Below, in pieces: positions 29,176 to 38,855 of a stretch of 64,000 nucleotides of DNA. Source of the DNA: an uncultured delta proteobacterium (GTDB taxonomy: Bacteria; Myxococcota_A; Polyangia; Polyangiales; Polyangiaceae). The notes beneath the pieces were generated by a model. That model had not been told where the DNA came from. It saw only the letters and a list, made by a program, of their open reading frames with translations, and ran no database searches. The stretch covers positions 2,528,001 through 2,592,000 of the forward strand of contig CAWDXG010000004.1 of assembly GCA_963806225.1 (NCBI GenBank), written 5' to 3'. Made by a program: the position numbers and the translations under genes. How positions within the stretch are numbered: the stretch's first letter is position 1; the number at the start of each line of letters is the position of its first letter.

Positions 29176-29646
29176 TCAGGGCTGGTACACCTCGACCGTC
29201 CAGGCCTTGATCCGGTCCCGGTCGCGTTGCAACTCGAAGCCCCAGTTGCCCAGCGGGTCGTCCGCATCGAAATACATGTCCTGGCAGAAACGGCCGGACC
29301 CGCGCAGGTGGGGCGCGGACAGCCGCACCTCGCCGGCTTCCGACTTCTGGCCCGAGGTCAGGCGGAGTGTCTTGATGGGCGCTGGAGGCCGCACCACGAC
29401 CTCCATCTTCCCGAGCTGCTCGCCCTGGGTGTAGTCGAAGCACACGCCGAAGGAATGTGCGATGTCCCCCTTCCTGGCGGCAACGCGGGGCAGGCGTGTA
29501 GCCGGCGCCTTGATCGCAAGGTGCCCGGTCGGTTTGCGGAGGAGCGTCCCGAGCTGCGCGTTCGTCACCGTGCCGCCCCTCTTGCACGCGAGCAGCACGA
29601 GCACCAGGAAGACAAACGACCCCAGCGCGAAGCCCCGATTCTTCAC
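29176..29646 (-). CDS. Hypothetical lipoprotein
   Basis: GTG start, lipobox LLAC. Confidence 0.65.
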   Translation of the reverse strand: MKNRGFALGSFVFLVLVLLACKRGGTVTNAQLGTLLRKPTGHLAIKAPATRLPRVAARKGDIAHSFGVCFDYTQGEQLGKMEVVVRPPAPIKTLRLTSGQKSEAGEVRLSAPHLRGSGRFCQDMYFDADDPLGNWGFELQRDRDRIKAWTVEVYQP

Positions 29647-29711
29647 GGCGGGAAGGCTACCGGAACCACGACGGCGGGACAATCACCGCAGGCCGCGCCG
29701 TGGCACGGCGG

Positions 29712-30884
29712 TTAGTGCAGGAACAACCTGAGCGCCGACTGCACGACGACCATGCCGTACTGATCAGCGGCGGCGGTGACGTCGGCGTCGCGCACCGAGC
29801 CGCCCGCATGCACGACGTAGCGGACATTGCTGCGGCTGGCACGGTCGATGTTGTCGCGGAACGGGATGAAGGCGTCGGAGCTCAACGCAACGCCGTCGAA
29901 GCGCTTCGCCCACTCGAGGCGCTCCTGCCGCGTGATGGGCTCGGGCCGCTCGGTCAGCGCGCCCATCATGGCCTCGAGCTCGACGTCCGACAGCTCGTCC
30001 CAGAGCAGGTACTGGTCGATTGCGTTGGTCTTGTCGGGTCGCTTTGCGCCTTCCTTGAAGGCGAGCCCCTGCACCTTCGGGTGCATCTGCAGAAACCACT
30101 TGTCGGCCTTGCTGCAGGCCAGGCGCGTGCAGTGGATGCGCGACTGTTGCCCGGCGCCCATTCCGATGACCTGGCCGTCATAGGCCACGCAGACCGAGTT
30201 CGACTGCGTGTACTTGAGCGCGACGGTACCGACCAGCAGCGTCTCGACCACGTCGTCGGGGATGTCCTTCTTCTTCGAGACGACATGCTTCAGGAGATCG
30301 CGCGTGACCTTTTTCGTGTTGCGCGTCTGCTCCAGGCGGAAGCCGAACAAGTCCCGATCCTCGCGCTCCGGCGGCTCGTAGCCCTTGTCGATCTCGAGGA
30401 CGAGGAAGGCACCTTTCTTCTTGGCCTTGAGGATCTCGAGCGCCTCGGGCTCGTAGCCCGGCGCGATCAGCCCGTCCGAGACCTCCTTGGCCAGGAACTT
30501 CGCGAGCGACACGTCGCACACGTCGCTGACCGCGGCGAAGTCGCCAAACGACGAGAGGCGATCGCCGCCGCGCGCCCGCGCGTATGCCGTCGCCACGGGA
30601 GAGAGCGCGTCCGGCTCGCTGATGAACTGCGACGCGGCAAAGGCTTCACCGAGAGGCCGCGCGATCGCTGCGCCGGCCGGGCTCACGTGCTTGAACGACG
30701 CGGCGCCGGGCTTCCCCGTGGCCATGCGGAGCTCGCGGGCGAGCTGCCATGCGCCGAAGGCGTCGAGCAGGTTGATGTAGCCCGGCTTGCCGTTGAGGAT
30801 GCGGAGGGGCGAGGGTTCGCGGTCCACGATCAACCGCGCAAACTCCTGATGCGGATTCGCTCCGTACTTCAGCTTGACTTCCAT
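29712..30884 (-). CDS. purH: AICAR transformylase (PurH C-terminal domain only)
   Basis: LKYGANPHQ, PGYINLLD, SFKHVSPAG, SSFGDF, KYTQSNSV, GAGQQSR, SDAFIPF, LRLFLH. No IMP cyclohydrolase domain. Confidence 0.9.
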   Translation of the reverse strand: MEVKLKYGANPHQEFARLIVDREPSPLRILNGKPGYINLLDAFGAWQLARELRMATGKPGAASFKHVSPAGAAIARPLGEAFAASQFISEPDALSPVATAYARARGGDRLSSFGDFAAVSDVCDVSLAKFLAKEVSDGLIAPGYEPEALEILKAKKKGAFLVLEIDKGYEPPEREDRDLFGFRLEQTRNTKKVTRDLLKHVVSKKKDIPDDVVETLLVGTVALKYTQSNSVCVAYDGQVIGMGAGQQSRIHCTRLACSKADKWFLQMHPKVQGLAFKEGAKRPDKTNAIDQYLLWDELSDVELEAMMGALTERPEPITRQERLEWAKRFDGVALSSDAFIPFRDNIDRASRSNVRYVVHAGGSVRDADVTAAADQYGMVVVQSALRLFLH

Positions 30885-31109
30885 GACCGTTCCTCCGCCG
30901 TGTTCCGGCCGCGAGCCTAGGACGGCACAATCCGCACTGTCCAGGGCGGCTGCGCGCCCCCGGGTGAGTGGCTATTTCCGGGTCTGTTGCAGCCGCCCGT
31001 CGCGGCGTCCGGCGCCGGGCTCATGAGCAGTGCGTCGACATTGGCGGCGCGTACCAGGGCTGCACGACGGGGTCGAGAGCCGCGGACCGCGGCACACAGC
31101 CCGCGCTGT

Positions 31110-32627
31110 CTAGGGCGTGCCGACCTTCACCGATATTCCCAGGTCGTTCCAGCCGTCGGACGCGCTCCACATGTTCTGGTCGGCGAAGCGGATCATGCGG
31201 CGCGGATCAGCGGCGAGGTGCGAAGACGGATCCGGCATCCGGACGTGCAGCTCGTAGCTCTGTCCCGCAACCAGGCCCGTCGGGGCAATGAAGGACAGAT
31301 CGACGGTCGCCGAGGCTCCGCCGAGCGGCATCTGGCGACGGGCATCGTCGAGAGCGGTCACGGCGAAGGGGCCCCCTGGACCCGTGAACACGATCTCCAG
31401 CGGGCGGGCATTGTACAGCTTGCCGAAACCCTTGTTCGTGAACGACAGCGATGCCTTCATCGCGCCGCCAGCGAAGACCGTCCGGGGTACGGTGGCCCTG
31501 TCCAGCGTGAAGCGGTAGCCGAGACGGCGGCTGATTTCCGCCAGGCAACCCTGGCTCTGCCACCTGTTGTAGATGTCCGGCCAGTACGCACTGTTCAGAT
31601 AGTCCCAGTTCGAGGCTGCCATCTCCGCCAGTGCGGCCTGGCAGTCATTGGAAGCGTTCAGCCCACCGATGTCGCACGTCTCGCCGCCCGTGGCGACAAT
31701 GCGGGTCACCGCCGCGGCAATCGCGCGATCCTGCTGGAGCGTTGTGCCGTCGTAGGCATCGTACCACCCGCCGTTGTCGCTGCCGTCGAGGAAGCAGTCG
31801 TTGTGCAGGGCCACGCGACTCTGTTCGGACCCGTCGAAGCGATTGGCTTCCTTGGGCAGCGCTGTGTACCAGCCGAACTTGTACGAGCTGGACAGATCGG
31901 CCGGACCCAGGAAATTCGGCTTGCGGAACTCGATCATCATCCCGGCCGGAGCCGCGGCCACGAGCGCATCCTTGATCTGGTCACGGTACAGGCCGTTCTT
32001 GTCGGAGCCGAACTCCAGATCGTGGGTGCTGTCGTGCCACTCGCCCCAGCGCCCGATGAAGCCGGCCTGTAGCACGGCGATGACGTCCTGGTAGTCGTGG
32101 AGCAGCGGCGCCAGCTGCTGGATGTGCCCGAGGACGACGTCGATGGGCGCGTCGGCACCGGTGCCGCTGCGGTTGTAGGCGAAGCGCAACACAGCCTTCA
32201 CCGCCGTGCCGCGCCAGCCATCCATCTCCTTGGCCAGGGCGTCCAGGAAGGACTTCGGGAGCGCCGAGCTCTGGTAGGCGTCCAGCCGGACGAACCGCAT
32301 GCTGAGCGTGGGGGTGGAAGCGACGGACGAGACGGGAGCGGGGGTCTTCGGGTCGGTGAAGCTGTCCTCCACGTACCAGCCGCGCTCGGGGTTCGGGAAA
32401 TCGGTGGTGTCGTCGGCGGTGTAGCTGGACGTTTGCGAACCCGTGGCGGGAGGCGCAGCGTCCTGCAGCGTGGCGTCCGTCCCCGACGCGTCGGCAGCGG
32501 GCGCCGCGTCCGCGTCGGGTCCCGCATCGGCCGCGGGCGGCGCCGCGTCGCGGCTGGCAGCAGAGTTGCCGCCGCCAGAGCAGGCTGCGAGGCAAAGCGC
32601 GAGGAGCGTCGTCGACAGGAGCCGCAT
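31110..32627 (-). CDS. DUF4832/DUF4874 glycoside-hydrolase-like lipoprotein
   Basis: Lipobox LAAC; NPERGW, LRFAY, QAGFIGRWGEWH, HNDCFL, GGETC, RRLGYRF. Confidence 0.85.
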   Translation of the reverse strand: MRLLSTTLLALCLAACSGGGNSAASRDAAPPAADAGPDADAAPAADASGTDATLQDAAPPATGSQTSSYTADDTTDFPNPERGWYVEDSFTDPKTPAPVSSVASTPTLSMRFVRLDAYQSSALPKSFLDALAKEMDGWRGTAVKAVLRFAYNRSGTGADAPIDVVLGHIQQLAPLLHDYQDVIAVLQAGFIGRWGEWHDSTHDLEFGSDKNGLYRDQIKDALVAAAPAGMMIEFRKPNFLGPADLSSSYKFGWYTALPKEANRFDGSEQSRVALHNDCFLDGSDNGGWYDAYDGTTLQQDRAIAAAVTRIVATGGETCDIGGLNASNDCQAALAEMAASNWDYLNSAYWPDIYNRWQSQGCLAEISRRLGYRFTLDRATVPRTVFAGGAMKASLSFTNKGFGKLYNARPLEIVFTGPGGPFAVTALDDARRQMPLGGASATVDLSFIAPTGLVAGQSYELHVRMPDPSSHLAADPRRMIRFADQNMWSASDGWNDLGISVKVGTP

Positions 32628-32691
32628 CCCGGTAGAGTGCCAGGCCCCGAAGCCGACGGAAAGCGCGCGCGCCGTGCTACGCGTCTACCCG

Positions 32692-33276
32692 ATGGCCACG
32701 GCCAGGCAGAGCAAGCGTTCCGCGCTGATGTCGCGGATCCGCGGGCGCAATACGGCGCCGGAGACGATCCTGCAGAAGGCGCTGTGGGCGGACGGCATGC
32801 GCTACCGGAAGCACGCGCGCACGCCCGTGGGAAGGCCGGATGTGGTGTTTCCGGGGCGGCGCGTGGCGGTGTTCATCGACGGCTGCTTCTGGCACGGCTG
32901 TCCGGAGCACTACGTCAGGCCGCGCACGCGCAACGCGTTCTGGGACGCGAAGCTCGCCGACAACGTGGCGCGCGATCGACGCCAGACGCTGGAGCTCGAG
33001 GCGCAGGGCTGGCGCGTGCTCCGCGTGTGGGAGCACGAGGTGTTCGAAGCGCTCGACGACGTCGTCGAGCGCGTCCGGAGCTGCTTCGAGGGCAAGGCGC
33101 TGCGGCGGCGCGCTTCGTGGCGCGTTCAGGAGGTCGAGGTGATCGACGCCGCCAGCGATCTCGAACGCCGCACGCTGGCCGACCTGCGTGTGGCCGAGAA
33201 GGTGCGCGTCGTCGAGCGCTACCGCACGACGGCGAGGTGGAAGCGCCCGGCGGACCTGTACCCGAAGCGGCGCTAG
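32692..33276 (+). CDS. vsr: Very short patch repair endonuclease with C-terminal extension
   Basis: RSALMSRIRGRNTAPE, GRPDVVF, FIDGCFWHGCP, FW..KL..NVARD, GWRVLRVWEHE. Confidence 0.93.
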   Translation: MATARQSKRSALMSRIRGRNTAPETILQKALWADGMRYRKHARTPVGRPDVVFPGRRVAVFIDGCFWHGCPEHYVRPRTRNAFWDAKLADNVARDRRQTLELEAQGWRVLRVWEHEVFEALDDVVERVRSCFEGKALRRRASWRVQEVEVIDAASDLERRTLADLRVAEKVRVVERYRTTARWKRPADLYPKRR

Positions 33277-33322
33277 CCGCCCTCGCCGGTGGCGGTCCTG
33301 CGCGTCTGCTATGGTCCGGCCC

Positions 33323-34336
33323 GTGGGCTCCGTGACGCGGCTGGCGCGCGAAGGGACGCGCTATCTCGGCGCGGCGCTGGCCGGGCATCCACCGGCACTC
33401 GGCCTCGAGCGACGCGCCTATGCCCGGGCCGTGCTCTCGGCGCTGAGGCCGCACTTCTTCGTGTTCCCCGCGGGCGCCGTGCTCGCGGGTGCGGCGTCTG
33501 CCGCCACGGTGCGGGCGCCGGTGCACGTGGCACTGACCGCCGTCGCCGCCGGCCTGGGCTGGGGTGTGGGGCAGCTCGTCAACGACCTGCTCGACATCGA
33601 GGCGGACCGCGTCGACGCGCCGCATCGCCCCGCGCCGCGCGGCTTGCTGCCCGAAGGGCCTACGACTGCCATTGCGATGCTGCTCGGCGTCGCCGTGGCC
33701 GTCATCACCGTCGGCGCGCACGCCGCGATGCTCTGGCTGGTGCTCGCCGCCGTGGTGCTGCTGTTCGCGTATCAACCCGCCAAGGCGCATCCCGGGCTCG
33801 GCAACGTCGCCCACGGCGCCCTGATCGGCACGGCTGCGATGATCGGTCGCGCCGCAGCGCTGCCCGGGCTGGCGCTTGAAACGACGCTCGGCGCCGCCCT
33901 GCCCACGGCGCTGTCCTGTGCCGCCGTCGCCGCCCTGTACCTGCAGGCCAACTACGAGAAGGACCGCATCGGCGACGCGAAGGCCGGATACCGCACGCTG
34001 GCCCACGTGCTCGGCGTACGTGGCAGCGCGCTTGCCCGCGGGGCAGGCAGCGTCGCGTTCGCGGCGGTCGTGCTGCACGCCGGCATCGTGCACGGCACCA
34101 CGGGCGTGGCGCTTGTGGTCCTGGCGCTGATCGCGTCGCTCGGCTCCGCCCTCTACGCTGCCGCGCGCGGTACCGAAGCCGCCTCCCTCACCGGTTACCG
34201 CTGGGCGTGCCACGGCACGGCCGCCGCGATGCTCGCGCTCGCAGCGCCGCTGCTCGGCGCCGCTGGATCGGTCACAGCGTTGCTCGTGTCGGTCGCGCTC
34301 ACCGAACGGGCTTTCTCGCGGGCGGACAATCCGTGA
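33323..34336 (+). CDS. UbiA family prenyltransferase (DGGGP-synthase-like)
   Basis: NDLLDIEADRVDAPHRPAPRG, KDRIGDAKAGYRTL, multiple TM helices. Start uncertain (33311 or 33323). Confidence 0.85.
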   Translation: MGSVTRLAREGTRYLGAALAGHPPALGLERRAYARAVLSALRPHFFVFPAGAVLAGAASAATVRAPVHVALTAVAAGLGWGVGQLVNDLLDIEADRVDAPHRPAPRGLLPEGPTTAIAMLLGVAVAVITVGAHAAMLWLVLAAVVLLFAYQPAKAHPGLGNVAHGALIGTAAMIGRAAALPGLALETTLGAALPTALSCAAVAALYLQANYEKDRIGDAKAGYRTLAHVLGVRGSALARGAGSVAFAAVVLHAGIVHGTTGVALVVLALIASLGSALYAAARGTEAASLTGYRWACHGTAAAMLALAAPLLGAAGSVTALLVSVALTERAFSRADNP

Positions 34337-34367
34337 TTTCGACCGTCGTGCTACAGCTCGACGCAGG

Positions 34368-35597
34368 ATGAGCCACGACGCCCCCTTCCCCGCTCGCGGT
34401 CGCTACGAGGACGGCTTCGAGCCGCTGGCACGGACATTCGCCGATCAGCTTGCGGACGGCAGCGAGGTGGGCGCCGGACTGACGGTGTACCAGCATGGAC
34501 GCCCGGTAGTGAACGTGTGGGGCGGGCTGGCCTGCGTCGCTACCGGCCGACCCTGGGAAGAGGACTCGCGGATCGTCGTGTTCTCCGTCACGAAGGGTCT
34601 GGCGGCGATGGCCATGTTGCTTCTCGCCGAGTGCGGGGCCTTCGAATGGGACGCCCCGGTCGCGACCTACTGGCCGGGCTTCGCGCGCGGCGGCAAACAA
34701 GGCATATCCGTACGCACGCTCCTGAACCACCGCGCCGGCCTGTCTGCGCTCGATCGCCCTTTGACCATGGCGGACTGCGTGCGCGAGGATGCCGCCGATC
34801 GGGTTCGTGACGCGCTGGAAGCGCAGCGGTCGAGGTGGGAGCCCGGGACCTCGCAGGGCTACCACGCCATCACGTTCGGGCTGTACGTGCACGAGCTTTT
34901 CGAGCGCATCGCCGGCGAGCCGATGGGCGCGTTCCTGAAGCGCGAGCTGTTCGATGTCGTCGAATCGGACGCGCGCCTGGGCACACCGCCGGAGCTCGAC
35001 GCGAAGGTGGCGACGCTCGTGCTCCCGACCGTGTACGAGCGACTCTCCGGGATGCTCCGCGCTACGCTGCGGCGGCCCGCTTCGCCCGAAGCGCGCGTGC
35101 TGCGCGCGATTGCGGCGCCGCGTTCGCTCGTGCGCGACACCTTCGGCAACCCGAAGCTCGATCGCCGTGGCCTGCGCGCCTACAACGAGCCACCGGTGCG
35201 ACGCGCCGAGCTCGCCTGGGCGTCGGCAACCGCCAGCGCGCGGGGTCTCGCGCGCGCCTACCTGCCCTTCGCTGGCGGCGGTGAGTACGGCGGCCACACG
35301 TTCGTCCGGGAGCAATCGCTCTCGCCTATCTACGCGCGCCAGAGCTGGTCCGGGAGGGATCTGGTGGTGCAGAAGCCGCTCGGTTGGTCGCAGGGCTTCC
35401 TCAAGGAAGAGGCCGGCGTCTTCGGCCCCACGCGCGAGGCCTTCGGACACGCCGGCATGGGCGGCACGCTCGGCTGGTGCGACCCGGTCCACGGGATCGC
35501 TCTCGGCTACGTGATGAACCGGATGGACTGGCGTATCCGGTCGTTGCGCGCGCTTTCACTGTGCCGGTCGCTCTACTCGTGCGAACCCGTGCTCTAG
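34368..35597 (+). CDS. Serine hydrolase (beta-lactamase family esterase)
   Basis: FSVTK (SxxK), LLNHRAGL, WEPG..GYHAITFG, FGHAGMGG. Confidence 0.92.
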   Translation: MSHDAPFPARGRYEDGFEPLARTFADQLADGSEVGAGLTVYQHGRPVVNVWGGLACVATGRPWEEDSRIVVFSVTKGLAAMAMLLLAECGAFEWDAPVATYWPGFARGGKQGISVRTLLNHRAGLSALDRPLTMADCVREDAADRVRDALEAQRSRWEPGTSQGYHAITFGLYVHELFERIAGEPMGAFLKRELFDVVESDARLGTPPELDAKVATLVLPTVYERLSGMLRATLRRPASPEARVLRAIAAPRSLVRDTFGNPKLDRRGLRAYNEPPVRRAELAWASATASARGLARAYLPFAGGGEYGGHTFVREQSLSPIYARQSWSGRDLVVQKPLGWSQGFLKEEAGVFGPTREAFGHAGMGGTLGWCDPVHGIALGYVMNRMDWRIRSLRALSLCRSLYSCEPVL

Positions 35598-36670
35598 ACG
35601 GGGACCACGAGCGCCGTCGCCAGCGCTTCGAGGATCGCGCGCGGGTCCGCCGTGCGCAGCGCCGGCAGCCCCCGCACGGGTAGCTTCGCGGAAGCGAGAT
35701 CGGCGAGCCGCTCGTGGGCGATCCGCGTCTGCAACGCGCGGGCGACGAATTCGGAGCGGTACGCGCGGAGCGCCGGACCCAGCTCTGGATCCGCGCCCTC
35801 GTCGAACGCCTCGAGCCACGGCGGGATCTCGTCGACGGCGCGGTTCAGCAGGATTTCACTCGGCGACAGCGACCGCGCGCGGAGCTCGTCGACCAGGTAT
35901 GCGGCGTCGTCGAGGGACGAGCCACTGGGGGCGCTCACGATCACGTAGCGCGTGTCGGGGCTCCGCATGCGCCGTTCCACGCTCTGGACCAGCGAGAGCC
36001 AGCGACCACGCACCGGCACGAATTCCGCGAACAGCGCCCCGATGTCGCGGATCGCCTGGGCGCCGACGATGTGGCTCACAAGATTGCCGACGCGCTTTTT
36101 CCCCCAGGAAATCAGACCACGCTCGCCCGGACGTTCGTCCAGCGCCACTCCGGCCAGGCGCGCGAGGCCCGCCACCCACTCCAGCGAGCGCGCTTCCAGC
36201 ATGCGCCCGAGCCGGGCTGGATAGTCGAGGAACTCGAGCGCGTGACGGGAGGGTGCGGTATCGAGCACGACCTCGTCGTAGAGTCCGCTTCCGAGCTCGT
36301 GATCCACGAACGCGATGCTGATGAGCTCGTGCACGCCGGCCAGGGAGTTGCCGAGCTCGCGGTACATGCCATTTTCGCGAACACGGCGGAGCGCCTCCGG
36401 GTCCTCGAACAGCCACTCGGCGAAGCGGTCCACCGAGTGGCGCGAATCCGGCATGCGCGCGTGCAGCGCCGTGCCACCCACTTCGACGCGGCACGCCTCG
36501 GTCCCGATCTCGACGCCCAGGGCGTCGGCCAGGCGCCGTGCGGGATCCACGGTGACGACCAGCACGCGCCGGCCAGCCCGCGCCTGGGCGAGGCCGAGCG
36601 CGGCGCTGGTCGTCGTCTTGCCGACTCCACCGCCACCCAGCACCACGGTGAGCGCTGCGCCGTCGCTCAC
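35594..36670 (-). CDS. ArsA/GET3 family ATPase, subunit B
   Basis: GGGGVGKTT, TVDPARRLADALG, VLDTAPSRHAL. Confidence 0.9.
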   Translation of the reverse strand: MSDGAALTVVLGGGGVGKTTTSAALGLAQARAGRRVLVVTVDPARRLADALGVEIGTEACRVEVGGTALHARMPDSRHSVDRFAEWLFEDPEALRRVRENGMYRELGNSLAGVHELISIAFVDHELGSGLYDEVVLDTAPSRHALEFLDYPARLGRMLEARSLEWVAGLARLAGVALDERPGERGLISWGKKRVGNLVSHIVGAQAIRDIGALFAEFVPVRGRWLSLVQSVERRMRSPDTRYVIVSAPSGSSLDDAAYLVDELRARSLSPSEILLNRAVDEIPPWLEAFDEGADPELGPALRAYRSEFVARALQTRIAHERLADLASAKLPVRGLPALRTADPRAILEALATALVVPV

Positions 36671-37527
36671 GTCGTGACCCCGACCAGCGCCGCGAAGCTC
36701 CGCGGTTCCGGGTCCGCGAACAGATCAGGCACCTCGGCGACTCTCGCCCCGGCGATGCCGCGAAGGGAGGCGAGCGCCAGCGCCGTCTCGGACTGCGTTG
36801 CCGCGTCCGCCGACAGCGCGTCGGACAGCGGCGCGTAGCGCGGGTCGGTCTTCGCTCTTCGAGCCGCCGCTTCCAGCTCGGAGGCGCTGGGCCGACGCGG
36901 CACGCGATTGACGATCACGAGATCGGGAGTGCGATCGAGCTCGGAGACGAGCCGCTCGCACAGCTCACCAGTCTCGCTCGCGACCACCGGTTCGGCGGTG
37001 CTCACGACCACGATGGCGCTGCGGTCGGGGCTCAGCACTTCATCGAGAATGGCGCGGCACATCTTCGCGGCCGGCCCGGTGCGCAGGAATCGTTCGGCCG
37101 CAGCCACGACCCTGAGCCAGTCCACCGCATGACCGGTCGCGGGCAGATCGACGATCACGCGCGCGCCGGGGATCTCGTGGGCCAGGGTGCGGACTCGCTC
37201 CAGCGCCACGAGCTCCCGCACCGCGGGCACGGCCTGCATCACGCGCTTGAGCGCCCGCTGGCGCACGATCACCCGGGCGAGCAAGCGGCTCGAGATCATG
37301 CTCGCAATGGCGTCCGCCAGAGCATCCAGGTACTCGATCGTGACCGTGCGCACGCCCTGCGCCTGGCTGCCGAGCGCGCGCGCCGCCGCATGCATTCCCT
37401 CGAATTCCACGAGCTGGGCCTGGCCCCCTCGATCCGCTTCCGCCCGCGCCAGGGCTGCGGCCACCGTGCTCTTGCCGACACCGCCCTTGCCGGTGACGAA
37501 TACGATCTGCTGCTTCGGGGAGAACAT
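36667..37527 (-). CDS. ArsA/GET3 family ATPase, subunit A
   Basis: VTGKGGVGKST, VDLPATGH, VNR; overlaps the next start codon. Confidence 0.9.
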   Translation of the reverse strand: MFSPKQQIVFVTGKGGVGKSTVAAALARAEADRGGQAQLVEFEGMHAAARALGSQAQGVRTVTIEYLDALADAIASMISSRLLARVIVRQRALKRVMQAVPAVRELVALERVRTLAHEIPGARVIVDLPATGHAVDWLRVVAAAERFLRTGPAAKMCRAILDEVLSPDRSAIVVVSTAEPVVASETGELCERLVSELDRTPDLVIVNRVPRRPSASELEAAARRAKTDPRYAPLSDALSADAATQSETALALASLRGIAGARVAEVPDLFADPEPRSFAALVGVTT

Positions 37528-37763
37528 GAGCCGGCCTTACGTCCTAGGCCGGACGGCGCCAGGTTAGAAGGGGGCTCGGGCAACAATTCCCCGTCCGCTC
37601 CGCCGGGGCCCCGCAGATAGAACCCCGGGCTCGAGGCGTGGCGGCGCCGAGGATGCGCAGGGACGACGGATCCTGGGCGTAGGCGGCGACATGCACGTCG
37701 GAGGCGTGGAGGTCGGCGGGATGGGCGTTGCGGCAGGCCGGCCCCGGAGCAAACATGGGCTGC

Positions 37764-38783
37764 ATGAAAGCGCTGGTGCTCCGCAATGCCTTCGGTCTCG
37801 ACAATCTTTCCATCGAAGAACGGCCCGAGCCCGAGCCGGGCCCAGGTCAAGTGCTGCTGCGGATGCGCGCCGCCTCGCTCAACTTCCGCGACATCCGCAT
37901 GGTGGAGGGGCTGTACAACCCCAGGCAGGCGCTGCCCCTGATACCGGCCTCCGACGGCGTGGGTGAAGTCGTCGAGCTTGGCGAGGGGGTCGAACGCGTG
38001 GCGGTGGGCGACCGGGTGTGTCCGCTGTTCGCGCAAGGCTGGATGGCCGGCGGACCGCGACGGGAGCGCATCCGCCGCACTCTAGGCGGACCGCTCGACG
38101 GCACGCTCGCGGAGTACATGGTGGTGGACGCCGAGAGCGTGGTGCTCGCGCCGGGGCACATGAGCGACGAACAGGCCGCGTGCCTGCCGTGTGCGGGCGT
38201 CACGGCCTGGAGTGCGCTGGTCACGACGGGCGGCGTGAAGCCGGGAGATGTGGTCTTGACAGAGGGTACGGGCGGCGTGTCGATCTTCGCAGTGCAGATC
38301 GCCAAGCTGCTCGGCGCGCGCGTGATCGCTACCAGCAGCAGCGACACGAAGCTGGAGCGCGTGCGCGAACTCGGCGCCAGCGAGGTCATCAACTACAAGA
38401 CGGACCGCGAGTGGGGAAAGACGGCGCGCGGACTCACGGCCGATGGGCGCGGCGTGGATCACGTGGTGGAGGTGGGCGGCGGCGCTACGCTTCCGCAGGC
38501 GCTCAAGGCGATCGCACCCGGAGGACAGATCAGCATCATCGGTGTGCTGTCGGGGGTGGCCACGGATCTTTCGCTGCTGCCGATCCTGATGAACGGCATC
38601 CGGCTGCAGGGCGTCTTCGTTGGGCACCGCGACGCCTTCGAGGCGCTGGTGCGGGCGTGTGAAGTGGACCAGCTCGACCCGGTGATCGAACGCGTGTATC
38701 CGCTCGAAGAAGCGCGCGACGCCTTCGAGCACATGAAGAGCGGCGGCCAGTTTGGCAAGATCTGTCTCCGCACGGCGGAATGA
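37764..38783 (+). CDS. MDR family NAD(P)-dependent oxidoreductase
   Basis: SLNFRD, PASDGVG, LPCAGVTAW, GTGGVS, VEVGG, FGKI. Confidence 0.92.
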   Translation: MKALVLRNAFGLDNLSIEERPEPEPGPGQVLLRMRAASLNFRDIRMVEGLYNPRQALPLIPASDGVGEVVELGEGVERVAVGDRVCPLFAQGWMAGGPRRERIRRTLGGPLDGTLAEYMVVDAESVVLAPGHMSDEQAACLPCAGVTAWSALVTTGGVKPGDVVLTEGTGGVSIFAVQIAKLLGARVIATSSSDTKLERVRELGASEVINYKTDREWGKTARGLTADGRGVDHVVEVGGGATLPQALKAIAPGGQISIIGVLSGVATDLSLLPILMNGIRLQGVFVGHRDAFEALVRACEVDQLDPVIERVYPLEEARDAFEHMKSGGQFGKICLRTAE

Positions 38784-38855
38784 GGCGGTCGCGGGCCGCT
38801 CGAGCCCCGGTGGGGGGATGAACGCAGGCCCGGGAGCAAGCATCGTACCCAGCTG

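Noticed and set aside
30885..31020. Possible ZMP/ZTP (pfl) riboswitch upstream of purH; 10-bp stem GGGCGGCTGC/GCAGCCGCCC
   Set aside because: The conserved GACUGGCG / CGCCUGGG pseudoknot elements are not present, and a TAGGCT -10 box close to the gene leaves little leader.
35594..37527. Arsenic-resistance operon
   Set aside because: No arsB, arsC, arsR or arsD neighbours and no clear metalloid-binding Cys cluster.
37600..37760. Coding-like minus-strand fragment (ACRNAHPADLHASDVHVAAYAQD) upstream of the ArsA pair
   Set aside because: No clear start or SD and no recognisable family.
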